64,000 nt of DNA, taken from Desulfosudaceae bacterium (GTDB lineage Bacteria > Desulfobacterota > Desulfobacteria > Desulfobacterales > Desulfosudaceae). The notes below the pieces were generated by a model. That model saw nothing but the letters and a program-made list of their open reading frames with translations. It ran no database searches and was not told the DNA's origin. The position numbers and the translations under genes were made by a program. Where the stretch lies: assembly GCA_963674745.2 (NCBI GenBank), contig CAXXDV010000001.1, forward strand, positions 448,001 through 512,000. Reading direction: 5' to 3'. Below are positions 38,013 through 48,175 of this stretch, one piece after another (position 1 is the first letter of the stretch; each line of letters begins with the position of its first letter).

Positions 38013-38651
38013 TTACCGGATAAAATTAGTCATCACCTTCTCGGCCTTGTCCGGGGCGGGTATTTCTTTTTTCCCGGCTGCCATGACCTGCATCAGCCAG
38101 GCCATGTTTTTCCCCAGCACTTCCATGATCTGACTGCCCTCGGCATCCTGGCTCACTTCCCCGGGATTCATGCCGTGGGCCACATTCCAGTAATTCGAAC
38201 CGGGCATGATCATTTCCGAATAAAGGATATAATGGTTCAGGGAGTTCACCGTGGGCAGACCGCCGGACCGCCTGACCGCGGCAACAGATGCCCCTACCTT
38301 ATGTCGCAAAATGCCGCCGTTGACGGAAACGACAAAAAAAGCCCGATCCAGAAAAGATTTCATTGTCCCGGACACACCGGAAAAATAAACCGGTGACCCG
38401 AGCAGAATCCCGTCCGCGGCTTTCATTTTGCCGATCCATTCATTGACCGGGTCATCATTAAATACACACTGTTCATTCTGCTTCTGGACACAACCAAAAC
38501 AGGACCGGCAGCCATGAATTGTTTCCTTGCCGACATGAATCAGTTCGGTTTCAATACCCGCCTTTTCCAGTTCCGACAAGACAATGTTTAATGCGCCGAC
38601 GGTATTCCCTTTTTTTCTGGCACTGCCGTTAAACGCCACAACCTTCATCAT
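38013..38651 (-). CDS. Flavodoxin-fold iron-sulfur flavoprotein (Isf-like)
   Basis: FNGSARKKGNT, CRSCFGC..C, LGSPVYF, RRSGG. Confidence 0.9.
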   Translation of the reverse strand: MMKVVAFNGSARKKGNTVGALNIVLSELEKAGIETELIHVGKETIHGCRSCFGCVQKQNEQCVFNDDPVNEWIGKMKAADGILLGSPVYFSGVSGTMKSFLDRAFFVVSVNGGILRHKVGASVAAVRRSGGLPTVNSLNHYILYSEMIMPGSNYWNVAHGMNPGEVSQDAEGSQIMEVLGKNMAWLMQVMAAGKKEIPAPDKAEKVMTNFIR

Positions 38652-39192
38652 CGTCCCCCTTTATCCTATGCTGTTTCCATATTTCCGCCAGGGCCGTCCG
38701 CCACTTTTCGTTTTCAAAAGCCAGGCCCCGCCATTGTTCCCCTTCTTTCACCTCTGACTCAAGAACTTTCCAGGCCGTCGGATAATCAAACGCTTTCCAC
38801 ATGGCGCCGGCCCGAAAAAGATACTCGCAATCTCCAATTTTCAGAAGGCTTTGACAGCCCCCGGTAAAATCAAACTGTTTCCAGTAAGCCCCGGCATAAA
38901 ATATATATTTCGGGTCCCCGGTTTCAAGCAGGGCCTTTTGTCCCGTTTCAAAATCAAATTGTTTCCATTCCAAACCGGCATGATAGATAAATTTTCCACT
39001 GTTAAGACCGGCCAGGGCAGCCAGACCCCGGGCATAATCAAAACCGGTCCACAGGCGTCCGGCCCGGAAAACATACTCGGCCTCGCCCAGCGCAACCAGA
39101 TCGGCCAGACCCCGGGCACAGTCAAAATCCCCGACGGTTTTTCCCGTCTCATAGATACGCCGGGCTTGACTGGTTTTTTCTGTCTGGCTCAT
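38629..39192 (-). CDS. Hypothetical protein built of 28-aa tandem repeats
   Basis: Four full FD-x3-G..AG-x2-W units plus partial units; overlaps both neighbours. Confidence 0.8.
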   Translation of the reverse strand: MSQTEKTSQARRIYETGKTVGDFDCARGLADLVALGEAEYVFRAGRLWTGFDYARGLAALAGLNSGKFIYHAGLEWKQFDFETGQKALLETGDPKYIFYAGAYWKQFDFTGGCQSLLKIGDCEYLFRAGAMWKAFDYPTAWKVLESEVKEGEQWRGLAFENEKWRTALAEIWKQHRIKGDDDEGCGV

Positions 39193-40553
39193 GATGCTTC
39201 CGTTATATCCATCACGCTTCCGAAGGGCGGATTAAAAAACTGTTTCCGGTTGCCGGATATGACCCAAAGCGTCGGAGAATAGGGACTCAGGGCGTCCAGA
39301 TCATAAATCTCGCCATCCGTGATCACGACCAGGGCCTCGGTATGATGTTTCATATAATCATTAAACAGGGGCGCGAAAAACGTCGCCCCCCGGCTGCCGG
39401 TTTTGATGTGCCGCCAGTCGCCTTTTTGATACAGATAATGCGCTGATTCGCTGTCCATCAGGCGCGCCGCTTCATGTTTCCGGGGAACGAAAAGGTCCTG
39501 GTCCATGCATAACAGGTTGACCTGGAAATCAGAGGTGAGTTCCTCCACGGCACCGAAGGCGGCCTCTAACTCACCGGGATTGGCCGTCATTGACCCGGAA
39601 ACATCGACCACAATGGTGATCAGCGGCCTGTTTTTCAGATACCGCCCCGGTGCGTAAATGCCTGCGCCAAAAAACCGCCGGTTGGGCCGGGCAAATGAAT
39701 AATCCCAGCGGCTGGTCCGGTGCATTTGGTCGGCGATGGACCTGACGGCCTTTTTCCATTTAAGGTCCCGGGCAGGCACCGGTTCTTTGATCAACCGGCA
39801 AAGGTCTGAATAAAGCCGTTCGCCACGGCAATCATCGTTGTTCCGGATAAACCCCAATATCCTTTCTGCGCCCGCCCTGGCCTGTTGAGCGGCATCATCG
39901 GCGTCGAAAAGATGAATACCCGTGGGCAGGGGTGCGCCCTTTTCGTCAACGAACTGAAGGCCTTCCGCCGGCAACGCATCATTACCCTCCCACTGATCAA
40001 TACCCGGCAGCTGTTCGGCTGCCGGCCGGCTTTGGCCATGTCTTTTGTCCTTATCCTGATGACGGGCCTGCAGCCACAAATAAACCGCCTCCCAGGTCAC
40101 ATCATAAAGCTCGGCCCGGCCCGTTTTTTTGCCGAAGGCGGCAGGGATCTCCGGCAAGCCCGGGGGAAGGGCCAGGGAAACGCGTGCGCCCTCCCCTTTT
40201 CTGGAGAAGAACGTTCTTTCATGCCCCTTGAGGTATGAATTGATGACCATATCCTGGGCCAGGTTACGGAAACGAACATCCTGGCCGGCTCGGCCCCGAT
40301 GTGCGTGATTCAGGACAATGTGAAGCATCTCATGAATCAGCAGCCCGATCAGGTGATCGACCGGGATTTTTAATACAAACTGCTGATTGTAAAACAGAAC
40401 AAACCGGTGCGCCGATAGCGTCAACGCCAGGGTAGGAACGCTTTTACTGTCAACCAGGGAAACGGCCTGATAAAAATAGGAGGCAAAACGGCTTTGCCGC
40501 CACAGCGTTGATAACACCGCTTCCCATTTGTCGACAGCAGGAACTGCGGTCAT
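39189..40553 (-). CDS. DUF2201-type metallopeptidase-vWA protein
   Basis: HEMLH (HExxH), NLAQDMVIN, VDVSGS MIDAS, ITDG. Confidence 0.85.
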   Translation of the reverse strand: MTAVPAVDKWEAVLSTLWRQSRFASYFYQAVSLVDSKSVPTLALTLSAHRFVLFYNQQFVLKIPVDHLIGLLIHEMLHIVLNHAHRGRAGQDVRFRNLAQDMVINSYLKGHERTFFSRKGEGARVSLALPPGLPEIPAAFGKKTGRAELYDVTWEAVYLWLQARHQDKDKRHGQSRPAAEQLPGIDQWEGNDALPAEGLQFVDEKGAPLPTGIHLFDADDAAQQARAGAERILGFIRNNDDCRGERLYSDLCRLIKEPVPARDLKWKKAVRSIADQMHRTSRWDYSFARPNRRFFGAGIYAPGRYLKNRPLITIVVDVSGSMTANPGELEAAFGAVEELTSDFQVNLLCMDQDLFVPRKHEAARLMDSESAHYLYQKGDWRHIKTGSRGATFFAPLFNDYMKHHTEALVVITDGEIYDLDALSPYSPTLWVISGNRKQFFNPPFGSVMDITEAS

Positions 40554-41713
40554 TCGCTCTCCAGCATCTCGATTACCTGTTGATCGATTTTCGCGGCCAG
40601 GCCCTTGTCTTCAAGAAGGCCCAGGGCCGACGGCATCTGCGTAAACACGGCACACGCTTTGATCAGCTGATAGACGAAAGACAGGCGCATGTCCGCCCTT
40701 AAGTGGCTGACAAAAGAAAGAATATTTGCCAACGTGCGCAGATCGCCCGGCTGCAGATCAGATCCGGCGTTGATTTTCATATCCCTTAATGTATTTAAGG
40801 CACCGGTCATGGCCCATAAAACGTCTTCAGGACTGATCTGATTGTTTTTCACGGCTTCCAGCTTTACGGGATCGCCATCAAGGACATCCTGTGTCGTCAG
40901 TTGCCGGGGACAGGTCAGCTGAAGGACAAAGTCATCGCTGGCCACCCGGCCGACAAGGGCGCTGATCATTTTTTCAAGCGAGGAGAGCGGATTGGTCGAC
41001 AGGTAGGCGGTCAAGGCGTCATGGGTGTGTAAGCCGTAGGACAGGCACAGGGCCTGGGACACCTGGTGCCAGCCCCGGGGATTGGGATGGACATGGTTCT
41101 CGTCCCAGAGCCTTTCCGGATACCGGCTGATGTATCTCATGATCGAGGGGTGTATCTTTTCCGCAGCCGCCCAGCGCAACCAGCTTTGCGCGTCCGGTTT
41201 CAGATGAAAGATGGCCAGCCGCCCGTCCAGGGCGGCATCATCAAACCGGGTGATGGTGGTGTTGTCGGTTTCGCCCAGGTTGCCGGCCAGGACGATAAAC
41301 GTCCTGTCGGCCAGCCGGTGCTCACCGCATATTTTTTCCGTAATAATCTGAAACAGGGTCTGGATAACGGTCGGATGGGCCCGGTTGGCTTCGTCCAGAA
41401 ACCAGAGGATGCCGTCGAACCCTTCCGGCACATGGTCCGGCGGAATAAACCCCGGCCGGTAATAGATCATCCGTTGGGCTTTGTGGTCGGGAACCGGGTA
41501 TCCGCCAAGGTCAATGTTTTCCTTGAAGGCCAGGCGCGTGTCAATAAAAAGAAAATTCTTCTTTTTTGCCGTCTGCCGGACAACATCCGACTTGCCGATA
41601 CCGGGGTGCCCCACGATCTTGACGGCAAAGTTGATGGTGGCCTCAGCGTCAAGGTAATTTTCGAGTATCTCCTTGAGTTCCGGAACACCAACGCCGACTG
41701 GATCTTTTCTCAT
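40550..41713 (-). CDS. MoxR-related AAA+ ATPase (partner of DUF2201-vWA)
   Basis: GHPGIGKS, FLDEANRA, LAGN, NPRGW. Confidence 0.85.
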   Translation of the reverse strand: MRKDPVGVGVPELKEILENYLDAEATINFAVKIVGHPGIGKSDVVRQTAKKKNFLFIDTRLAFKENIDLGGYPVPDHKAQRMIYYRPGFIPPDHVPEGFDGILWFLDEANRAHPTVIQTLFQIITEKICGEHRLADRTFIVLAGNLGETDNTTITRFDDAALDGRLAIFHLKPDAQSWLRWAAAEKIHPSIMRYISRYPERLWDENHVHPNPRGWHQVSQALCLSYGLHTHDALTAYLSTNPLSSLEKMISALVGRVASDDFVLQLTCPRQLTTQDVLDGDPVKLEAVKNNQISPEDVLWAMTGALNTLRDMKINAGSDLQPGDLRTLANILSFVSHLRADMRLSFVYQLIKACAVFTQMPSALGLLEDKGLAAKIDQQVIEMLESE

Positions 41714-41730
41714 TTATCCCTCACCCAACA

Positions 41731-41763
41731 AATAAGGCGGAAGTATTGAACCCCCGCCTTATT
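41731..41763 (-). terminator. Stem-loop, probable terminator after the acyl-CoA dehydrogenase
   Basis: aataaggcgg ... ccgccttatt perfect 10-bp stem. Confidence 0.5.
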
Positions 41764-41791
41764 CGAATATTTTTTTTACAAAGCCATCAAA

Positions 41792-43498
41792 TCAGGGATT
41801 CATTTGGTAAGCGTCAATCAGGGAATAAACATGCTTCTCAAGCACCCGGGCGAACTGGTCATTGTCCGTCACCGGGCTTTTGATGATCTTCAGGGCCTGG
41901 TCTTTCTGGGCCTGGGTTGACGTGGGCTTACCGTGAATATCGACCGCGTATTTTGAAAAATCGCGGACAAACACGTCAAAGATCTGGTTCAGAAGCTCGT
42001 CATCGATCTTTTCGATGGCGGCGCTTTCAATAATCAGCTGGCCATAAGCCACCAGGGTAAACATTTCACCGACCGCCAAAAGATAATCAAAATCGTTCAT
42101 CATCTGGTCTTTGAGTTCCATGCCCGAGAGCATCAGCCAATCGGCAAAGGCCTTTATCTGCTCTTTGAATACGTTGATGTTGGGCAGATCGACGCTGTTA
42201 TAGGCGATGTTGTAATCATGAAACTGAATTTTACCGTATCCGCGCGTGGGCCCCTGCTGAAACAGGTAATCATCGTTTTCAGGCCCGTTTCGTCTGGGTA
42301 TTTCCGGGTATTCCTTGGGGTTGAAGAAGAAGTTGGGCAGCAGCTTGGCGATCAGGGCCATGTTCACGTGACGGGTCCCTTCCAGCTTGGGAAAACCCTT
42401 CAGTTCCACCACGGCCTGGGAGAAGTAGTTGTCCTTTTCAAATCCCTTGGCGGCGATAATATCCCACAGCATCTCGTGGACCTCTTCGCCCTGGATGGCC
42501 ACCTTCATTTTCATGATGGGGTTGTACAGCATGTATCGTTTGTCTTCGGCCGACGCGGCCCGCATATAATCGGTCGCCCTGAGGCCGAAGAGCTTCATGC
42601 CGGCCAGGCGGCAGAAGGAGTCCATGAAGAGCCGCTTGACATGGGGGAATTCGGTGACGAACTTGCCGTAAACGTTTCTGTGGGCGGCATGGTTGATGGC
42701 TTCGTAAAAAGAATGGGTGACAATACCGGTGGCCCCGGAACCGATGTTGAACTTGCAGATATTGATGGTGTTGAGCATGTCGTCCCAGGCCTTGGGGCCG
42801 CGGGCGGAAATATCGGCATCGGTGATGGGGTAGTCATGAAGAATAAATTCAGAAACATAGTTCTGGGCCTTGATGACGTTCTGTACGCATTCAAACTTTT
42901 CATGGTGGGAATCAACCACGAAGAACACATAATCATCCGTACCGGCGATTTTGCCGAAAACCGTAATGGTGGAGGCTTCGTTGCCGTTACCGATATAATA
43001 TTTGGTCCCCCTGGCAAGGTAAGTCCCGTCATCCTGAGGATACAGTTTCATTTCTGAAGAGTAAATGTCCGCACCATGCTCTTTTTCCGACAGCCCGAAG
43101 GCGCACAGGGGATTTTCTCTCAACTGCTGAACGGCGCGCTGTTTGAGTTCCTCGTTGTCCCCGAGAAAGACCGGATCCAGGCCCAGGGTGGACACATGAT
43201 ACATGTACCAGTAGGCCGAGCCGTAAAAACCGGTGATTTCGGAAAACTCGTACATGCGGTAGGTGCTGTAATACTGGTCCTCATCACCATAGCCCTTGGG
43301 GAGGAACAGGGTCTCAAAAATTCTTTCTTTTTTGCAGAACTCGGCAAAGTCATAGGTAAATTCAAAGGAGAAGGTATCCTCCTTCATTTTTTTCATGCCC
43401 TTGTTTTCAAAAAACGCGATGGTCTTGAGCATAATCTCTTTTGACCGTTCGTCGGGATAGTTTCTGTCCTGGTATTTCTTGGGATTCAACAACAACAT
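41792..43498 (-). CDS. Acyl-CoA dehydrogenase (long, 568 aa)
   Basis: AFGLSEKEHGAD, GTKYYIGNG, AAKGFE, PKLEGT. Confidence 0.88.
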   Translation of the reverse strand: MLLLNPKKYQDRNYPDERSKEIMLKTIAFFENKGMKKMKEDTFSFEFTYDFAEFCKKERIFETLFLPKGYGDEDQYYSTYRMYEFSEITGFYGSAYWYMYHVSTLGLDPVFLGDNEELKQRAVQQLRENPLCAFGLSEKEHGADIYSSEMKLYPQDDGTYLARGTKYYIGNGNEASTITVFGKIAGTDDYVFFVVDSHHEKFECVQNVIKAQNYVSEFILHDYPITDADISARGPKAWDDMLNTINICKFNIGSGATGIVTHSFYEAINHAAHRNVYGKFVTEFPHVKRLFMDSFCRLAGMKLFGLRATDYMRAASAEDKRYMLYNPIMKMKVAIQGEEVHEMLWDIIAAKGFEKDNYFSQAVVELKGFPKLEGTRHVNMALIAKLLPNFFFNPKEYPEIPRRNGPENDDYLFQQGPTRGYGKIQFHDYNIAYNSVDLPNINVFKEQIKAFADWLMLSGMELKDQMMNDFDYLLAVGEMFTLVAYGQLIIESAAIEKIDDELLNQIFDVFVRDFSKYAVDIHGKPTSTQAQKDQALKIIKSPVTDNDQFARVLEKHVYSLIDAYQMNP

Positions 43499-43599
43499 GG
43501 CAGACTCCTTTTACGTCTGAGAAAGTTAAAATGGGCTAAGACGGATTTTACAACGTATTGTCCATAAACATAAAATTTTGAAAAACTCAAAAAAATATT

Positions 43600-44316
43600 T
43601 TACATCATAAGATTCAAAGGTTCAATATATTCCGGATCTTCCTTGTCCAGAATTTCAACAATATGTTTGTGCAGCCGGCGCTTGTGCTCGCCGAATATGC
43701 CTCTTTTTTTATTGAATGTCCGGGCAAAGGCCAGGGCGTTGGCCATGAGATCATCTTTATCCGCACAGGCCTTTTCAATAATATGATGTTCCTCAAGTTC
43801 CGGTGCGGCAACCCTTTTACCGGTCAGTTTCATTTCATTGAACTTGTAGTAGGGAATGGCTTTTTTAACAAAGGCCACCATGCCGGGCAAAAAGGGAATG
43901 CTGACGTCCACCTCCGGGAAACAGAAAAAACCCCGATCCGACTTCATGAACCGGAAATCACAGGCACATGAAAAAATGGCCCCGTTGCCAAAGGCATGAC
44001 CATTAATGGCCGCAATCACGGGGACGGGCGCCAGCAGGCATTTTTTAAACACATCGTTCATGCCGTACATAAATGCCCGCATATCGTCCAGGGCGTTGTT
44101 TGAGAACCGGTCCATCATCCATTCCAGATCGACCCCGGCTGAAAAAATTTTTTCACCGGCGGAGGTAATGATAACGGCGGTAACCGACTCGTCCGCCAGG
44201 GCGTCATCAATGGCTTTATTCATGGCCTGGGCAAAGGCCAGGTTCTGACGGTTCTCACCATTGTCCATTGTGATCACGGCAACGGTACCATCCAGGGTTA
44301 AATCAACAATACTCAT
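43600..44316 (-). CDS. Enoyl-CoA isomerase/hydratase (crotonase)
   Basis: FSAGVDL, AAINGHAFGNG, FCFPEV. Confidence 0.9.
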   Translation of the reverse strand: MSIVDLTLDGTVAVITMDNGENRQNLAFAQAMNKAIDDALADESVTAVIITSAGEKIFSAGVDLEWMMDRFSNNALDDMRAFMYGMNDVFKKCLLAPVPVIAAINGHAFGNGAIFSCACDFRFMKSDRGFFCFPEVDVSIPFLPGMVAFVKKAIPYYKFNEMKLTGKRVAAPELEEHHIIEKACADKDDLMANALAFARTFNKKRGIFGEHKRRLHKHIVEILDKEDPEYIEPLNLMM

Positions 44317-44412
44317 GTTTCACTCCTCTATATTTTTTATCTAAAACACAATTTTTTACTTTTACATGATGCCGGGGGGGAGAGCAATCTCAAAAACATT
44401 CAGGCCTTCACC

Positions 44413-44778
44413 TTATTCACTCTTCAGCCACAGAACAGCTTCCGGCTCTTCTCGAAACACGCGCATTTCAAGCCCTTCATGTTTCCTGAACAGGACGACG
44501 TACATGCGTGCAAGCCCGAAAGTAAGGTCGTCAGGGGCAACGACGGCGCTCTTAGAAGGCACCGGCCATAGATCAATACCCTTTTGTGCAAGCATCTTTA
44601 GTTCAGATGAGTCGGCGTTACCACCGAATGAATATATCCATAATTGCCGGCGGGTTACACCTCTCGCTACGATTTCATCCAGAGCGGCGAACACATCAGA
44701 TAAAGTTGCCTCCCTTAAGAAACGCACTACAGATATCCCGTCGACGACTTCTAAAACGTATGATTTCTGTTTCATCAT
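44413..44778 (-). CDS. Small hypothetical protein (STAS/SpoIIAA-like)
   Basis: KSAVVAP..TFGLARMY..MRVFR..EAVLWL pattern. Confidence 0.55.
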   Translation of the reverse strand: MMKQKSYVLEVVDGISVVRFLREATLSDVFAALDEIVARGVTRRQLWIYSFGGNADSSELKMLAQKGIDLWPVPSKSAVVAPDDLTFGLARMYVVLFRKHEGLEMRVFREEPEAVLWLKSE

Positions 44779-45025
44779 TTCCGGATCCCGTCCAATTATA
44801 ACTTTACGGCGGCTGTATATCTCTCATGAAACGCAGAAACGCTCTTTCCGGAATTTATAATAACTCCATACCGAAGAGGGAACAATAAAAAGCTGAGAAA
44901 GCCCTTTCATCCCTCCCCCGGAATAGCGCTCGAAGCTTTATCCCGGGGTTATTTTTATTTTGGGTCAGCCCTTCAGTGTGGCCTGAGCTGACCGTTGAAG
45001 GTCTCCGCCACATTGGTTTTCATTT

Positions 45026-45069
45026 TATAATAATGGCCGTGAAGTTTTTACCCCACGGCCATTGTTATA
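45026..45069. terminator. Long stem-loop downstream of the crotonase at 45200
   Basis: tataataatggccgtg ... cacggccattgttata (16-bp stem, one imperfect pair). Confidence 0.5.
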
Positions 45070-45199
45070 TCGATCAATCGTTGTGACAGCGAGTTTTACG
45101 GCATGGACCACCGGGACAGAAAAGCCCATATTTCCCGGATCACATCCACACCATCGACATTATCTTAATACAGACCTTCAGCAAAATGGACTGCATTCA

Positions 45200-45874
45200 T
45201 CACCAATTGGTATACATATCCTTGAGCGATTTTTTCAAATTACCCTTAATCAGAGCGTAATTACTTCGCTCTTTGGATGCCATGTCCCGGGCAAAGGCCA
45301 TGGTCTTTTCAAAGAGTTCGGATTCAGGGTAAATGTAGTTAACAATGCCCTGCTGCAGGCACGCTTCCCCGGTAAGGGCTTTTCCGGAAAGGACCATTTC
45401 ATTCACAGCATGTGGGCTGGACAGGTTGTTGATCAGGGCAATCAGGGGCTCATCCAGGGGCATACCATAAGTGGCTTCCGGAAAGCAGAAACGGCTTTTG
45501 TCAGCGCGCATAATCCGGAAATCCAGCGAACTTGCCATGATTGCGCCCATGGCATAGGCGTGACCCGCAATGCAGGCGATTGTGGGAAGGTTGAGGGTGG
45601 CCGCCCGTAAAAGGGTCTTCTTTACCCGGTGCAAAAAATCATCCCGCTCCTCAACGCTTGCAGAGGAGAACCACTGAAGGTTAATGCCGTTGGAAAAAAA
45701 TTTGGGGTGATTGCTGGTAATGACCATTGAAGCGTTTCCCGGCGAGTTTTCAATTTCATCAAAGACCTGATTGTATTCAATCAGCGCTTCGCTGCAAAAG
45801 GTATTTTTATTTTCACTGTCAATTAACGTAACCACAAAGACGTTGCCGTCTTTTTTTAAGTCCAGATATTTCAT
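45200..45874 (-). CDS. Enoyl-CoA isomerase (crotonase, delta3-delta2-like)
   Basis: KFFSNGINL, IAGHAYAMG, FCFPE. Confidence 0.88.
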   Translation of the reverse strand: MKYLDLKKDGNVFVVTLIDSENKNTFCSEALIEYNQVFDEIENSPGNASMVITSNHPKFFSNGINLQWFSSASVEERDDFLHRVKKTLLRAATLNLPTIACIAGHAYAMGAIMASSLDFRIMRADKSRFCFPEATYGMPLDEPLIALINNLSSPHAVNEMVLSGKALTGEACLQQGIVNYIYPESELFEKTMAFARDMASKERSNYALIKGNLKKSLKDMYTNW

Positions 45875-45950
45875 ACCGCTCCTCTCTGTAAAAATTCATC
45901 ACCCTTTATTGTGGTGATTTAGCTCATCCCGAAATCATTTCAACAGGCAA

Positions 45951-46054
45951 AGCATTAACCGTGCCATAATAATTATCTCTTAATATTCAATTAGTTATTT
46001 TTTTTGCCGGCATCAATATTACCAAATACGGAATAATTTATTGCCAAATATGGG
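45951..46054 (-). promoter_or_regulatory. Sigma-54 promoter + IHF-like site + twin UAS (copy 1)
   Basis: Minus ATGGCACGGTTAATGCT; ATTCAATTAGTTA; CCAAATA at 46022 and 46044. Confidence 0.8.
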
Positions 46055-46091
46055 ATATATGCCTAAATGTACCATGTAAAAAAGGTCATAT

Positions 46092-48164
46092 ATGAATACC
46101 CGTGTGAACACCGACTTACAGACAGGCAAGCAATCTCTTCTAGACGAAGCAGATCTTCAGGAAGAACTGAATGATATTTTTAAAAGCATTTCAGGTCAGA
46201 TTCCCGTTGATAAAATTCACTGGGTTCAGACCCATTATGATCTGCAGATGATGCGTATCATCGCGCAGGCGTCAGACACGGGCGGCGAAATAACCAATTT
46301 CATGTATGACGTTCCCGGGGATATCGTGGCGTTTTTGGACAGCGACGCCCTGCCTGAAATCCATATCATGAATCAACCGGAAATCGATCCCATTGGAAAA
46401 GAAGTTTCCCGGCGGGCCAAACTGTTTGACTGGTCCGCTATGTATATAAATTTTCGCAACCGTACGGATACGTTATCCTCGGTAGCGATTTATGCGGATG
46501 GAAAGAACCGGTATTCCCGAGAACATACCCGTCTGCTGAGGCCTTTTTCGGGGCGCCTTCAACGAATTACGGATATCCTCATTGCTGATAATGAAAGAAA
46601 AATACCCCATCCGACGCAGAAAGAACCCGTTGAAGACAAAAATGATTTTTTCCGACAGGTCACCCTGCGGCTATGCGGCAACCTTGACCTGGAAACAGGT
46701 GTTACCCAGTGTCTTCAATACCTCAGCCGTTTTATTCCGGCTGATGGACTGATTGTCAGGCAGTTGGAACCGGAAATGCAATCCGAACGCGTGCTTGCGG
46801 AAAGTTTCGGCGTATTTCATCAAAAGTCAGGGACCCTGATTCCATTGTTCACCAGAGAGCGCAATCCTTCCGACAGGCGGAGCCCCCCCAGGATACGCAT
46901 CATCAACCGGCCGGAACAATCTGTTTCGGTGCAATTCTACACCCAAATTTTCGGGCATGACTTATCATGTATCTCCATGCCCCTTATCGACAAAAAAAAC
47001 CCGATTGGTGTGGCCGTGCTGGGCCTGGAAGGCAAGGACCGCTACCGGGAAGAGCACATGCAGCTTTTTGCACTGCTCCATGACCCTTTTGTCCTGGCCC
47101 TTTCAAACAACATCAAACACCGGGAAATGATACGACTGAAGAACCTGATTGAAGAAGAGAAACAGGGCCTGGCAGAAGAACTGCACTACAATGCGGCTGA
47201 TACCATCATCGGCAGCAGCCTGGGGCTGGCGGGCGTCATGGAAAATGCCCGGCTTGTTGCCGAACAGGACAGCCCGGTTTTGCTGACCGGTGAAACCGGT
47301 ACCGGCAAGGAAATCATCGCCAATTTCATCCACCGCAACTCTTTACGAAAAGACGGCCCCTTCATCAAGGTCAATTGCGGCGCCATACCGGATACGCTGG
47401 TGGACAGCGAACTGTTCGGTCATGAAAGGGGGGCCTTCACCGGCGCGGGCACCCGGAAAAAGGGCCGTTTTGAAAGGGCCCACAAAGGGACAATTTTTCT
47501 GGACGAAATCGCTGAACTGCCTCTGGCCGCCCAGGTCCGCCTGCTCCGGGTGCTGCAGCATAAAGTTATCGAGCGGGTTGGCGGTATGGAATCCATTTCC
47601 GTGGATATCCGTATTATTGCCGCCACTCATGGCAATCTGGAAGATCTGGTCGCGCATGGTCGGTTTCGGGAAGACCTGTGGTTTCGCCTGAATGTCTTTC
47701 CCATCCGGATTCCGCCGTTGCGATCAAGGCGGTCGGATATTCCGGCCCTGGTAGATTATTTTATTGAAAAAAAGTCCCTTGATTTGAAGTTTCACACCAG
47801 GCCGCTCCTGTCTGTTGATGCAATGGAACGGTTGACCGCTTATAACTGGCCGGGCAATGTCCGCGAACTGGAGAATGTCGTTGAAAGGGAATTGATACTC
47901 AGCAGGGGCGAGGCCCTGACATTTCAAAACATCAACCCCCAACCATCAGGCAATGATTCTCCGGGCAGTGCGGTTTCAAAAAATGATGTTTTGGGGCTGG
48001 ATGATTTTTTTGCCCGACACGTCAAAAAAGTCCTGGCCATGTGTAACGGCAAAATTAACGGCCCGGGCGGAGCAGCAGAATTGCTGAACATGAAACCCAA
48101 CACGCTCCGGAACAGGATGAAGAAACTGGGGATTCCTTACGGCGTAACAAAAGCTAAAAATTAA
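46092..48164 (+). CDS. Sigma-54-dependent activator, tandem GAF-like input (type A, copy 1)
   Basis: GETGTGKE, ELFGHERGAFTGA, FLDEIAE, WPGNVREL, FhlA-like HTH. Confidence 0.92.
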   Translation: MNTRVNTDLQTGKQSLLDEADLQEELNDIFKSISGQIPVDKIHWVQTHYDLQMMRIIAQASDTGGEITNFMYDVPGDIVAFLDSDALPEIHIMNQPEIDPIGKEVSRRAKLFDWSAMYINFRNRTDTLSSVAIYADGKNRYSREHTRLLRPFSGRLQRITDILIADNERKIPHPTQKEPVEDKNDFFRQVTLRLCGNLDLETGVTQCLQYLSRFIPADGLIVRQLEPEMQSERVLAESFGVFHQKSGTLIPLFTRERNPSDRRSPPRIRIINRPEQSVSVQFYTQIFGHDLSCISMPLIDKKNPIGVAVLGLEGKDRYREEHMQLFALLHDPFVLALSNNIKHREMIRLKNLIEEEKQGLAEELHYNAADTIIGSSLGLAGVMENARLVAEQDSPVLLTGETGTGKEIIANFIHRNSLRKDGPFIKVNCGAIPDTLVDSELFGHERGAFTGAGTRKKGRFERAHKGTIFLDEIAELPLAAQVRLLRVLQHKVIERVGGMESISVDIRIIAATHGNLEDLVAHGRFREDLWFRLNVFPIRIPPLRSRRSDIPALVDYFIEKKSLDLKFHTRPLLSVDAMERLTAYNWPGNVRELENVVERELILSRGEALTFQNINPQPSGNDSPGSAVSKNDVLGLDDFFARHVKKVLAMCNGKINGPGGAAELLNMKPNTLRNRMKKLGIPYGVTKAKN

Positions 48165-48175
48165 CGGAACACATT

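Noticed and set aside
44960..45012. Glycine riboswitch or self-cleaving ribozyme
   Set aside because: Only fragments (GGAGACC, CTGAAGG) match and the core motifs could not be completed; kept only as an unassigned structure
22342..45874. Five crotonase paralogs as a novel system
   Set aside because: Such expansions are common in fatty-acid-oxidising anaerobes
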